A stretch of DNA of 59,356 nucleotides, the filler included, from Candidatus Woesearchaeota archaeon CG1_02_57_44 (GTDB lineage: Archaea; Nanobdellota; Nanobdellia; Woesearchaeales; CG1-02-57-44), in the NCBI GenBank assembly GCA_001871415.1. It is 3 parts of 3 records of this genome, joined end to end, with 100 filler letters (N's around TTAATTAATTAA, not from the genome) between each part and the next. Parts side by side here need not be neighbours in the genome. Positions count along the whole stretch, not along the records: positions 33,560 to 59,356 come from MNWW01000049.1; 2 more parts are not named here. One strand, 5' to 3'. A program made the position numbers and the translations under genes. Positions within the stretch are counted from its first letter, which is position 1; every line of letters starts with the position of its first letter. Below the pieces are notes generated by a model. That model was not told the DNA's origin. It was given only the letters and a program-made list of their open reading frames with translations, and did not search any database. Shown here one piece after another: positions 47,117-57,190 of this stretch.

Positions 47117-50100
47117 TTATGACGTGATGACCGCGCCGTCGAATTCATGCGCCGTGACCTGACAGCCGACCGTGCCGTCCTGTGCGCCGCTGCCATCAAG
47201 CCGCTGCGCGCCGGTCAGGTATTGCCACGCTTGCAGGCCGCGCTCTGCCGGACTCTGGACAAAGACCGTGGTGAGCGCGTTGCCATTGGTGTCCAGCCTG
47301 CAGGAGCAATCCACCGTGCCGCCGGAGCCGACAAAGGTGTAGCCCCCCGCAGTCGCATCAAGGTTATACAGGGGCTGCATATAGGCGATGAAGCTGTCAC
47401 AGAGCTTGCGGTCATCAAAGCCGCGATACTCTGCCACGATGGTCGTGATGAGCTTTGTGCTGCCGCTGCTCCCCCCTGTCGCTTCTATCACGCGGTAGCG
47501 CTCATCCTTGACCGCCATGACCTGCTGCGCGCCCTGCTGCGCGGCGTAGATGGTGTCAAAGAGCGCGGTGGGCGCGCGGCCATCTGCCTTGCGCAGGAAC
47601 GATTGTAGATCGCTGCTCCAGACGCTGCCTCCTGCGGGCTTGGGCTGCCATGTATTTAGCAGCCAGTTCAGCACGCCTTGGATGGGCTCGAATATCCAGC
47701 TGAAGGTAAAGGAGGCCGTATTCGAGCTGGACCTTGTTGGCAGCGATGCGGTGCGGTAGATGACCGTCCACAGCGCGGGATTATAACGGACCTTCGCGCC
47801 GCAGGGGTAGTAGCCATGCACCGCGCCAGTGGATGAGCAGTCGCTAGCGCCATTGAGCACGTCCTTTATCTTGTGCGACCATTGCAGGGTCACGGCATCG
47901 CCCCCGGTGCCGACCGTGTATTCGCCACCATAGGGCGCGTTGAGCGTCGCGCCGATGATAGGGACATTATCGATGAGATCAGGATTATCCGATGGTAGGA
48001 TCTTGGACAGCGCACACAAGCGCTCCACGCAGGGGACGCTGTTACCGGCACTGTCCTTGCATGGGCTGAGGGGAGGAGGATTGTCTATGCCTTGTTGTTC
48101 CAATCCTATGAGCCACTGAGCAACAGAGCCTGCGGACCCGAACGTATACGAAATCGTATTCGCGACATTCTGCGGCGTGTCGCAGTAGAGCGCGTAGCCG
48201 TCCTGCCGTTGTGAATTCAAGTTGATAAGCGCAGTAGCCAGCTGCCTGGTCCTTGACTGCCACTCACCGTCGCCTTCACAGTAATAATCCCTTGCGAACT
48301 GCCCCTCCTGCAGGCATTGTGGATTGCCGTTGCCGGGCAATGTCACAGTCCCGACAGTCGTAGTGCCAGGGTCAGGATGATTCGCAAGGACTGATGCTCT
48401 TTGCGCTGCTTCTGAATACGCTGCCGCGCCGCTGTTCACCTGCCCTCCCTCGCCGCCGACAGCAAGGCGATAGTTATTAGTGTAGACCCCGTATAAATCA
48501 AGCAGACAATCGCTTGCCGCCGGGCAGAAGCCCTCTGAATCACCGCGCGGCGTCTGCTTGGGGGGGACGCCCTGCCAGACGCCATTGCCAGATTCATCGA
48601 GCACACAGACCAGCGCGTTGCCGCTCGTGTCAAGGTCAAGATCGCCTTCAGGAGGTGCAGCGTCCATGTTGGCAGGGACACATGACCGTCCTCCATCCGT
48701 GCCGACTTTCAGGCACATGCCCTGTGGGCAGCAGCCCTGCGTCGCGCCATCCTGCGTTGTGCTGGACTGGTTGGCCGTGAACGGCGGCAGGCTCTCTGCC
48801 TCTGCAAGGACGTAGTTGTCCCCTGATGCGTCCTTCCATCTGCTCAGCACTTCTGCTACTTGAATGGTCTGGTTGCTCCAGACACCGTCAGGCGAGCAGT
48901 AGAATCCCGCGTCTGTGGCTGTCGGACTGAGTGTCGATACACAGTGCCTATTGGGCTCCACACCATAGCAGTACTGATGCTCAGGGTCCAATGTTGCCGG
49001 GGCGCCGATGGTGACGCACGATGAGACCTGGTCGGTGTTGGAGACAAGAGTAGCTAAGCCATCGATGACGAATTGCCCTCCTGGTACCAAGGAGGGATTG
49101 CAGATAAGCGGCAGTTTATTATCAGGAGGAGTGGTAGAAATCAGAGACGAGTCGTCTGGGCCGATGGCAGGCGCCTTATACTGGTGCAAGACACTCGCAG
49201 ACGATATACTATTGAAGGTGATAGTGAGACCCGCAACCTTTACCGCGGTCGGTGCCATCCTTAGCCCTCCGACCTTGCACGTGCCGCCGCTGACACTCAC
49301 CGCGAGCGCCGCTGCCTTGTCAGGGTCAGTATAGGCCGCTTGGGCAGCAGGCGTTATCTGCACATTAAAGCCATGCGCCTGCCCGGCTTTGGCAGGGTCA
49401 TTGATAGTGGCAGGCACGGAAAAGAACGTTCGCTTCGCGACGCCAGCAGCAAAATTGGTCGGGTCTGGATCAGTGAGCGCCTGCTCCCAGGTGTTGCCGT
49501 TATCGTACACGATCGGTGTGAGCTCAAGGTTCGCATCCCCCTGGCACTGCACGACGCCGCTGATGGTATATTGGAATGGTGGTGTGATGGCGAACGGCCG
49601 CGACACGATGACATGTTGCGCTGACTGAAGCGTTATAGCAGGAACGTTCACTCCATCAAAGGCAAGAGGCGTAGCCGCCATGCGCATCGCAATCGGCCTG
49701 CTCAGCTTCCAGAACGGGATGATCTGGTTGTTGCCCTCATCCACCTCAGCATCCGCGAACTCGCTGTTATAGAGCATGTTGCTGTCATTTAGCCGCCTGG
49801 ACACGGGAATGCCTTCGATGCAGTCCATCATCGTGTCAGTGTAGGTCTCGCTTTTCTCATCGAGCATGTGCCCATTGAAATGCCCGTACACGTCTCCGCA
49901 GCACTTCGTGCCTGTCCAGGTGAAACCAGATGCCTTGCACGCTGCGCGTTGCAGAGAGGGATCAGGAAGAGCGGCAATATCATTCACCCATTGGTTGTTG
50001 TCCGCACAGTAGAACGCGCCCCGGTCAGTCGGATTATCATACCCTGCGGGAAAGTTGTTCCCCCCTGACACATAAACACTCGTCCCTGGCGTCACATGCT

Positions 50101-52090
50101 GGCCGGCCGTCCCAACATTCTGCTTGGTGGCGCCACATTCTATCCATGTTGCAGTGCCGGTGGTCTCATCTTTTGTGCAGAGATAGCCATGGCCATTGAC
50201 ATTGATGGTCTGCCCGCCGCCGAAGATGGAATTGAGCGAAGAATCATCAGGATAAGGATATTGGGTGAGCAGAAAGCCATACACACGGTATTGCCCGTCA
50301 CTGCCCTGTATGAAGGGCTTGTTGCCCGCTGCGCACGCAACCCAGCTGGGCGCTTCAGGTGCATTGTTTGCCGTGTCGCCTGCTTCCGCTATGCTCGCCG
50401 CGACCGCGAGCACTTCCATACCGCCTGATGCTGGCGTATTCTCATCGATGTGATCATCGATGTAATAGACATTCCCATACTGCGTGCCTGCCCACTTCCA
50501 GCAATGCGTAGGGGATGTGCCCCCCGCAGGATTGCAGGTGGGATTGCTATCAGCATCAAGATTATTCTTCAGGCAAACATAGCTGAGTGTGGTCGTGCCG
50601 ACGCCATTTGTCATTGTGCTCGGTGCGATGGCAGTGGCGCCCTCGTCACGATAGATGTCGTTAGGGTCGGGGGGCAGCCATTGTGGATTTAATGAATCAA
50701 GGGTTTGTCTGGAGGGATCGTCATCGCCGCAGCAGCGGTTGGTGAAGGGATTGACTGTCTTGTCTGGCTCAAGGTACACGCGAAGACCTGAAGCGGCGTC
50801 TGTGTCCGATGTTACGGCGCCATCGGCAGCGACCGTGCCGTACGTGCTGCCGGCGACGCGTATCTGGCAGACATCGCGGTTCTCAGCGAATGTACCCACG
50901 TTCATTGGATAACCCGTGCGAGTATTCCCTGATGCATCGTTCCACACGTTGTTGAACGCGCCGACACCATAGCTGTCAGGATCAGCAGAGAAGAGTGTGC
51001 ACATCAAGCCGCCGCCCTTGTAGCCGTAGGGTGCCTGAATGCTACAGGAGCTCATACTCAGCGCCCTGCAGTTGCCACAATCAGTAAGCGGAAGCGTGCC
51101 CCATGAAGCGGTGAGCCGATACTGCGTGTCCAGGCCACACGCTTTTAGCAGCCGGCCGTCCTGATAGCAATTGAGGTTGAGCGTGAAAGGGTTAGGAGGT
51201 GTCGTGCCAAGGTTAGTGATCCCCCCAGAGTTCCATTTCATCAGGGGTAGCTCCTGTCGCGCGGACAAGGGGTCATTGCCAGCGAGCTTGCCATCAGCAG
51301 CCTCATGCTCAGGTTCCATGACAGCGACCATACCATGCTGCTTGATGCTGCCATCAGTATCAGGATACACCATGCCTGTGGGCTGGAACGGTGAATACTC
51401 ACACGACCAACGTGCCTGACCATAGACGTATTTGTAGCCCATATTCTCCATGGCATCGCAGATCCCGGTCCAGTGCCCGGTGTTCTGGCAGAAATCCTCG
51501 CCATCCCGCGGCGCGATGTTGCACGCACTAGGCCCATTGTCCGGGCACCAGTGCTCATTGGCTTCTTCTAAATAGTAGATAGCCGCTGATTTTTCTTTGC
51601 TAGTATCCGTGCACGCAGCATCAACCCCGGGGTCTCCCTCCGCAAAAGTGTAACCATAGACATAGACCTTGCAGACACGCTGCTCGTTAGGCGAACAAGT
51701 AGTTGTCGAAGAGAACGGCTGATCGGCAGAGCATTGGGATTCTGTGCGCGCGTACAGGCGCGCGTTTGTGCAGTCCATGCCTTGGGGGCATGCATATCCT
51801 GTACGCTCTTCACAGGTGGTATAGCCATTGTCAGGATCGCATGCGCTTTCCGGGTAGTACTTTATTGACCCGCCTTGGCCAGACGGCTGCCAGCCTGAAA
51901 CCATGACCCAAGGATCCTGTGCAACGAGCGAACAAGGATCAGAAGGCAGATTGCTCCAGGTCTGCGAAGCAGGGGGTGTTACCCATGCATACCCTACCTG
52001 GCAGGTCGTATAGGGCGTTGCCCCTTCACAAGTTGCCAGCGCTGGCGCTGCCATCAGCAAGAACAGGACAATGCCGACCACCCATCGCAT
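47117..52090 (-). CDS. Giant Cys-rich secreted/surface protein (1657 aa)
   Basis: Signal peptide MRWVVGIVLFLLMAAPALA; many Cys, recurring CCGD motifs. Confidence 0.85.
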   Translation of the reverse strand: MRWVVGIVLFLLMAAPALATCEGATPYTTCQVGYAWVTPPASQTWSNLPSDPCSLVAQDPWVMVSGWQPSGQGGSIKYYPESACDPDNGYTTCEERTGYACPQGMDCTNARLYARTESQCSADQPFSSTTTCSPNEQRVCKVYVYGYTFAEGDPGVDAACTDTSKEKSAAIYYLEEANEHWCPDNGPSACNIAPRDGEDFCQNTGHWTGICDAMENMGYKYVYGQARWSCEYSPFQPTGMVYPDTDGSIKQHGMVAVMEPEHEAADGKLAGNDPLSARQELPLMKWNSGGITNLGTTPPNPFTLNLNCYQDGRLLKACGLDTQYRLTASWGTLPLTDCGNCRALSMSSCSIQAPYGYKGGGLMCTLFSADPDSYGVGAFNNVWNDASGNTRTGYPMNVGTFAENRDVCQIRVAGSTYGTVAADGAVTSDTDAASGLRVYLEPDKTVNPFTNRCCGDDDPSRQTLDSLNPQWLPPDPNDIYRDEGATAIAPSTMTNGVGTTTLSYVCLKNNLDADSNPTCNPAGGTSPTHCWKWAGTQYGNVYYIDDHIDENTPASGGMEVLAVAASIAEAGDTANNAPEAPSWVACAAGNKPFIQGSDGQYRVYGFLLTQYPYPDDSSLNSIFGGGQTINVNGHGYLCTKDETTGTATWIECGATKQNVGTAGQHVTPGTSVYVSGGNNFPAGYDNPTDRGAFYCADNNQWVNDIAALPDPSLQRAACKASGFTWTGTKCCGDVYGHFNGHMLDEKSETYTDTMMDCIEGIPVSRRLNDSNMLYNSEFADAEVDEGNNQIIPFWKLSRPIAMRMAATPLAFDGVNVPAITLQSAQHVIVSRPFAITPPFQYTISGVVQCQGDANLELTPIVYDNGNTWEQALTDPDPTNFAAGVAKRTFFSVPATINDPAKAGQAHGFNVQITPAAQAAYTDPDKAAALAVSVSGGTCKVGGLRMAPTAVKVAGLTITFNSISSASVLHQYKAPAIGPDDSSLISTTPPDNKLPLICNPSLVPGGQFVIDGLATLVSNTDQVSSCVTIGAPATLDPEHQYCYGVEPNRHCVSTLSPTATDAGFYCSPDGVWSNQTIQVAEVLSRWKDASGDNYVLAEAESLPPFTANQSSTTQDGATQGCCPQGMCLKVGTDGGRSCVPANMDAAPPEGDLDLDTSGNALVCVLDESGNGVWQGVPPKQTPRGDSEGFCPAASDCLLDLYGVYTNNYRLAVGGEGGQVNSGAAAYSEAAQRASVLANHPDPGTTTVGTVTLPGNGNPQCLQEGQFARDYYCEGDGEWQSRTRQLATALINLNSQRQDGYALYCDTPQNVANTISYTFGSAGSVAQWLIGLEQQGIDNPPPLSPCKDSAGNSVPCVERLCALSKILPSDNPDLIDNVPIIGATLNAPYGGEYTVGTGGDAVTLQWSHKIKDVLNGASDCSSTGAVHGYYPCGAKVRYNPALWTVIYRTASLPTRSSSNTASFTFSWIFEPIQGVLNWLLNTWQPKPAGGSVWSSDLQSFLRKADGRAPTALFDTIYAAQQGAQQVMAVKDERYRVIEATGGSSGSTKLITTIVAEYRGFDDRKLCDSFIAYMQPLYNLDATAGGYTFVGSGGTVDCSCRLDTNGNALTTVFVQSPAERGLQAWQYLTGAQRLDGSGAQDGTVGCQVTAHEFDGAVITS

Positions 52091-52224
52091 GGTGCTGCAT
52101 GCGCCCCGCTTCTTTAAATATATTATGCCGCAGAACCTCTATCCATCGATTCATGGAGCTCCAAACGCCCGTTTACCCGTCAGGGCAGAAAAAGTTTATT
52201 AAGTGCCAACACCCTTATGCAGGG

Positions 52225-52455
52225 ATGGAGAACCTGCAGCATCCCCCGCGCCGCCATCTATTGCTGGCCATGGCCGTGACCACCCTTATCATGATAGTCC
52301 TTGCCGCGTGTGGTGGTGGCAGCGCGCCTCCTATGCCTGACCGGTCTGTACAAAATGAGCTGGGCGCCAATATGCTGAGCACCCCAACAGGCATCGACAT
52401 CACCGTGGCGATAGAGACATCTATCTGCACAGGATCAACAGACACCTGTTCTTGA
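52225..52455 (+). CDS. Small putative lipoprotein
   Basis: Hydrophobic segment ending in LAAC; TTTATTAA at 52195. Confidence 0.5.
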   Translation: MENLQHPPRRHLLLAMAVTTLIMIVLAACGGGSAPPMPDRSVQNELGANMLSTPTGIDITVAIETSICTGSTDTCS

Positions 52456-52493
52456 AACAAGATATAGCACACCAAAAGGTATCAGACGCGGCT

Positions 52494-53108
52494 CTACACC
52501 CGAAACTTCTGCCTGGTCCCGAGCACATCAACGAGCGCGCCCATGCCGGTGTTGATGTCAATGGCATCCCTGCCAAAGCTCCCTGCGAGCATGACCACAT
52601 GATAATGCCTGCATAGCCTCGCTGCCCTGACCGCCCGCTTGAGCGCGCCGGATGACACCAAGGTGCGCGCATCAAACACCACCGCGATGTCCTTGTCAGC
52701 GCAGAATTTGGCTACGACCACATCAAAGGGACACTGGTCTGGCGCGAGCAGCGCATCAGGCAGCAGCGTCAGGTGCTTTCGGGGATCGCGTGTGTGCATG
52801 AGCACCCCCGCTCCACGCTCCCTGCACTGCTGCGCGTGCTTGCGAACAGCGATCTCATCACCTATGAGGCAGGCGAGATGCCCCGCCCCCGAGCCATTGG
52901 CATCGCGCAGCGCCGCGAGCGCAGATGCAGGCGGCATGCCCTGATAGCAAAGGCGCAAGGCCACCCCTAACCTGCCCGCCTCAGTGAGCAAAGCAGTCTC
53001 ATTGCCTGACGCCAGCACATAGTCAGTGAGAAGCGCCTGAGTCTTGCGGCCACTAACCGACCTGCCCGAGACATCAACCTTCCCCTGTGCCGCCGCTTCA
53101 TCATCCAT
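52494..53108 (-). CDS. rnp3: RNase P subunit Rpp30-like (divergent)
   Basis: FDVVVAKFCADKDIAVVFD..RLCRHYHVVMLAGSFG resembles the Rpp30 C-terminal half. Confidence 0.6.
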   Translation of the reverse strand: MDDEAAAQGKVDVSGRSVSGRKTQALLTDYVLASGNETALLTEAGRLGVALRLCYQGMPPASALAALRDANGSGAGHLACLIGDEIAVRKHAQQCRERGAGVLMHTRDPRKHLTLLPDALLAPDQCPFDVVVAKFCADKDIAVVFDARTLVSSGALKRAVRAARLCRHYHVVMLAGSFGRDAIDINTGMGALVDVLGTRQKFRV

Positions 53109-53973
53109 GAGCCATCACCTCGCGCATGGCCTCGCAATACGCGCAGGATTCCTGGCTGCTGGGCTGGCCGCACTGCGCGCAAATGCCATGCCCAACAGGA
53201 CTCAAAGCAGCAGGCCCATCATTCACGCGCTCTTCTTCCAGAAACGCGTGCAGCCGCAGCTTCGCGCCCGGCTCCTGCTCTTCAAGCGCGGTCATCAGAT
53301 CCCGGATAGACCAGCGTAGCGAGCCTGACGCGTGCGGGCATTCTATATATGGCGGCGTGATGCCGGTGAGCACGGCGTAGGCGAGGATGGCTTTCTCTGC
53401 GACCATGCGTAAGGGTTTAATACGTTTGAGTGCGCTGTACTTTCGTGGCAGCAGCCGCGCGTTCTGCTCGGACTGGCCGAGCGCGACATTAAGCAGCATG
53501 CTCTGCAGCTCATCGTCGAGATTATGTCCTGTCGCGATGCAGGAGATTCCAGGACCTCCTTCATTGAGCAGGTGTCTGCGGAAGATGCCGCACACCGTGC
53601 AGGGGCTCTTGCCAAGCAGGGTTGTTAGTGTTGATAAGGGCCTTGGCGCGACCCTCACCTGCAACGTGATGCCTCGCGTCGCGCAGAACTCCTGTAGGAA
53701 TGTGAGCGTCACATCCCGGTAACCGGGGATGCCTTCATCGATGGCGAGCGCGATGACCGCGATATCCAGCTTATGCAGCACAGACAGCAGCACCGTGCTG
53801 TCCTTGCCGCCTGAGCACGCGACACCTACGACGACATCGCTGCCAGCAGTCAGTGCTTCGGGAAACTCTCGGCGCACGCCCTCCAAGACAGCATCCTCGA
53901 CATATGAGCAGAAGTGCTCCTTGCAGAGCGTCGGATGTTCGAAAACGGCTTTCAGGCCGCAGTGACAGTTCAT
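53101..53973 (-). CDS. ttuA: TtuA/Ncs6-type tRNA 2-thiouridine synthase
   Basis: N-terminal Zn finger, SGGKDS, PCTVCG, TGHNLDD, ECPH, C-terminal CxxC..CxxC. Confidence 0.9.
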   Translation of the reverse strand: MNCHCGLKAVFEHPTLCKEHFCSYVEDAVLEGVRREFPEALTAGSDVVVGVACSGGKDSTVLLSVLHKLDIAVIALAIDEGIPGYRDVTLTFLQEFCATRGITLQVRVAPRPLSTLTTLLGKSPCTVCGIFRRHLLNEGGPGISCIATGHNLDDELQSMLLNVALGQSEQNARLLPRKYSALKRIKPLRMVAEKAILAYAVLTGITPPYIECPHASGSLRWSIRDLMTALEEQEPGAKLRLHAFLEEERVNDGPAALSPVGHGICAQCGQPSSQESCAYCEAMREVMAHG

Positions 53974-54164
53974 CCGCCACTCACCACCGACAGCACATCC
54001 ACTGTATCATCATCACCCACCGGGTCATCCGACGTGAGCAGCTCGCCGTTACGGACTACAAGGACGGTGCTCGCAGTCACCCCGAGGACATTCAGCATTG
54101 CAGCGACGCTGCCGCTGAACGAGAACTCCTTCCTCTCACCTGTCTGCTCGATGCGCGCTTCCAT
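53970..54164 (-). CDS. Ubiquitin-like sulfur carrier (ThiS/MoaD/SAMP/TtuB)
   Basis: 64 aa, VVRNGEL, ends VVSGG; ATGA-coupled to ttuA. Confidence 0.92.
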   Translation of the reverse strand: MEARIEQTGERKEFSFSGSVAAMLNVLGVTASTVLVVRNGELLTSDDPVGDDDTVDVLSVVSGG

Positions 54165-54256
54165 GGAATGCCTGTGGTGACTGCTTGACGAACCGGGGGT
54201 GCAATATAAGGTATGCAGGTTGGATTATGGTGTTGATTATCTGCTTTGCCATTGGC

Positions 54257-55075
54257 TCAACCAAGCAGGGGGTCGAGCACGAGCACGTGTTGTGATTTGC
54301 CTACGCGCCCCGCTCCATCTGTTGCCGTTGCCTGTCCGTCTGCTCGTACAGGCGCATGGGCGCGCATCTGGCGCGCTTCCTCGAGCAACGCGTACGCTAC
54401 AGGTGAAGCGCATACACATGCAGCGCCAAGCCGCGCGGCAATCGCTTCTGGCATCGGCTCGCAGCGCTCAAGCGCCACCCCGACGTGCCGCTCGACTATC
54501 CTGGGCGTCGAGACCGACGCAGCGAGAACCAGCGGGCACCCTCTGCGCATGATGGCGAGGGCCGCGTCTTCGTCTGCTGCGTCGCAGACAATGGCCATGA
54601 CGCGCTGCTGCGTGCCCAGGGGCAGACCTCCGAGCGCCTGCGTCCTTCCGGCATACAGATAGCAGGCATCTGCGACCATGAGCCCGACATTGGTGTCATA
54701 GTGCTGAAGGTCGACGACCGCGCCTGTCCCGTCAGCGATGGCGTCGCCCAGCAGCACGGCAAGTTCCGTATTGCCCATCCATGTCTTGTCCTGTCGTTTG
54801 ACTGTGACGCGAAAGCGTGAGCCGGCCGCCAGCGGCAACTGCCGGGCAGCGTCCGCCAGCACGCCGGCATCCTTGGGCAATCGCTGCGCGATGGCATAAT
54901 GCGTGATGCCGCTGATGTGCTGCAGTGGAGCAGTGTCATCATCAATGAAGATGAGCCCTCTGCCCAGCGTCACGTCGCCGTGTGTGCAGGCCCTGATAGT
55001 GGCGATGAGCGCGCGCTCGAATTCGTGGCGGTTATGGCCTTTGAGCCAGAGCTCTCCTTGCCAGGCCATCATCAT
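54257..55075 (-). CDS. thiI: ThiI-like THUMP protein lacking the PP-loop
   Basis: GELWLKGHNR..FE, FRVTVKRQDK, VDL, GGLPLGTQ, MRRGC; SGGxDS absent; only 272 aa. Confidence 0.75.
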   Translation of the reverse strand: MMMAWQGELWLKGHNRHEFERALIATIRACTHGDVTLGRGLIFIDDDTAPLQHISGITHYAIAQRLPKDAGVLADAARQLPLAAGSRFRVTVKRQDKTWMGNTELAVLLGDAIADGTGAVVDLQHYDTNVGLMVADACYLYAGRTQALGGLPLGTQQRVMAIVCDAADEDAALAIMRRGCPLVLAASVSTPRIVERHVGVALERCEPMPEAIAARLGAACVCASPVAYALLEEARQMRAHAPVRADGQATATDGAGRVGKSQHVLVLDPLLG

Positions 55076-56232
55076 GACGTATCACCGTCCGAAGTAGGAC
55101 CCTCTGCGTCGGGTACAGCAGCACCATACGCCTGCCGCAATGCCGGAACTATGAGGTCAAGCGATGCCAGCAGCGTTCGGACATCCGCTTCTGTGCTGAA
55201 GCGATGCAGACTGATACGTACAGCATGCAGCGCATCAGCAGCGCTCACCCCTGACGCGAGCAGCGCACTGCCCGGCACGTCGCTGCCTGCTTCGCACGCG
55301 CTGCCAGCGCTGATGAAGATGTCCTGCTCTGAAAGAGCCCGTACCAGCACCCTGCCAGGAATGCCTGGTGTCACAGCACTGATGATGGCCACACGCGACG
55401 TTTCAGGAGCGATGACGCGAAAGCCACGCAAAGACAGGCCAGAGACCAATGATCGCATCAATGCGGCGAGTCGACTAGTATCCTGTTCCTGCCACGCATC
55501 TGCCGCCGCTGCGAACCCGACAGCCAAGGGAACAGGCGTCGTCCCCGGCCGCAGCCCCTGCTCCTGATGGCCGCCATGTAGCAGAGGCTTGTGCCGTGCA
55601 GCGTCCTTGACCAGCAGCATGCCGATGCCTTTTGGCCCGTGCACCTTGTGCCCGGAGATGCTGGCAGAATCGACGTGCGACCAGTCAGGTGATATCTTGC
55701 ATAAGCCCTGCACGTGGTCGATATGGACGTGGATGCCAAGCTCATGCGCGCGCTTGCAAATATCAGTAAGAGGTTGCACCACACCTGTCAGATTATGTGC
55801 GCTCGTGAGCGCGAGCGCAAGCACAGAATCATCAAGCGCCAGAGAATCAACAGTAAAGAATCCGTCTGGCCCAGGAGCAACCGACCTGACGCTATATCCT
55901 TGCGCTTCTAGCATCGGTTTTTGGGCAATGATGCTCGCGTGCGCGTCAGCAGCAAGGACAATGACCTTCCTGTCACCCTTGACGCGAAGCCCGAGATGGT
56001 TCGCTTCTGTACCGCCTGAGCAGAAGATGCCTGTGCCGGGCCAGCCCGCGCGTGCGATGAGCTGCGCCCGCGCCTGTTCCAGCGCTTCAGCCGCAGCTAT
56101 GCCTGCCGCGTGCTCTGAGGAGCAGTTGCCCTGCGGCGCGCCCATCAGCGCTTCTGCTGCCTGTGCGCACATCGGCGTCGTTGCCGCGCCATCAAGGTAG
56201 ATGCCCTCATCAAGGTTCCTGTCCTGCTCCAT
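55072..56232 (-). CDS. iscS: Cysteine desulfurase (IscS/NifS group I)
   Basis: YLDGAATTP, SGGTEAN, SGHKVHGPKGIG, GLRPGT, SAGSAC. Confidence 0.93.
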   Translation of the reverse strand: MEQDRNLDEGIYLDGAATTPMCAQAAEALMGAPQGNCSSEHAAGIAAAEALEQARAQLIARAGWPGTGIFCSGGTEANHLGLRVKGDRKVIVLAADAHASIIAQKPMLEAQGYSVRSVAPGPDGFFTVDSLALDDSVLALALTSAHNLTGVVQPLTDICKRAHELGIHVHIDHVQGLCKISPDWSHVDSASISGHKVHGPKGIGMLLVKDAARHKPLLHGGHQEQGLRPGTTPVPLAVGFAAAADAWQEQDTSRLAALMRSLVSGLSLRGFRVIAPETSRVAIISAVTPGIPGRVLVRALSEQDIFISAGSACEAGSDVPGSALLASGVSAADALHAVRISLHRFSTEADVRTLLASLDLIVPALRQAYGAAVPDAEGPTSDGDTS

Positions 56233-56320
56233 CGGCCATCAGAAAGTCTGGTCCATATTATAAAGCTGCGCTGAAGAGAGAAGGAATGAAATTTTATACT
56301 GCCCCCTATTTCAGACACAC

Positions 56321-57190
56321 ATGAGAATTTTGCTCATCGGCGCGGGGCGCATCGGCTCAGCGCTCGCGCCCTTGCTCGCGGCGAGCGTCCATACCATCAC
56401 CATCATAGACCCTGACAAGATAGAGCTATCGAACTGCGATTCACAGGGCTATGCGAGAGAAGACATAGGAAAACCCAAGGCACAGATACTCGCGACTCAG
56501 TACGGCATGACTGCCATCATTGCCCGCTGCCAGGACGGATTGCCCGACGCGGATATGATAATAGATGCCACAGATAATTTCACAGCGAGAGTCTTCCTTA
56601 ATGACCTCGCGCTGGAAAGGACCATACCACTCGTCCACACAGCCATCTCCGACGCCGCTGGCGTCGTCTTCACCGTCACCCGAGACGGCCCGTGCCTGCG
56701 CTGCGTATACCCAGAAAACCCTGCAGGGCTTGCATGCACACAGGTCAACCCTGACATCCTGCGCTTCGTCGCTGCGCGCGCGCTGTCCATGGTGCTCACG
56801 CCAGAGCCGGTGATGATACGCGTGACAGAAAAGGACGTGCGACGCATCAGCGTGCCCATGATGTGCAAGCATCGCAAGCAGCAGGAACTAAAAGAGAAGC
56901 AGGCCAGGATAGATGCGACTCCCACCAAAAACCAGCCGCCATTCGAACTCATCCCCTGCAAGACAGGCCTGTGGCGAGCGAAGCTGCAGGGCAAAGCAAG
57001 ACTCAACACATTGAAAACAACATTCCCCGTCGTGCTCGATACCCCCATCCTCGTCGTGATTAACCATCCAATAGCAGGTGAGATAGTCGTGCACGAGACA
57101 GAGCTCGCGTTCAAGTATTGTAAAGACCAGCAGATAGCAGATCAGGCAGCGAAAGATATATGTGCGTGTGTGTTTGGCAACAACCGGTGA
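56321..57190 (+). CDS. ThiF/MoeB/UbaA E1-like adenylyltransferase with C-terminal extra domain
   Basis: IGAGRIG, IIDPD.IELSN, DATDN, PCLRC..AC. Confidence 0.88.
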   Translation: MRILLIGAGRIGSALAPLLAASVHTITIIDPDKIELSNCDSQGYAREDIGKPKAQILATQYGMTAIIARCQDGLPDADMIIDATDNFTARVFLNDLALERTIPLVHTAISDAAGVVFTVTRDGPCLRCVYPENPAGLACTQVNPDILRFVAARALSMVLTPEPVMIRVTEKDVRRISVPMMCKHRKQQELKEKQARIDATPTKNQPPFELIPCKTGLWRAKLQGKARLNTLKTTFPVVLDTPILVVINHPIAGEIVVHETELAFKYCKDQQIADQAAKDICACVFGNNR

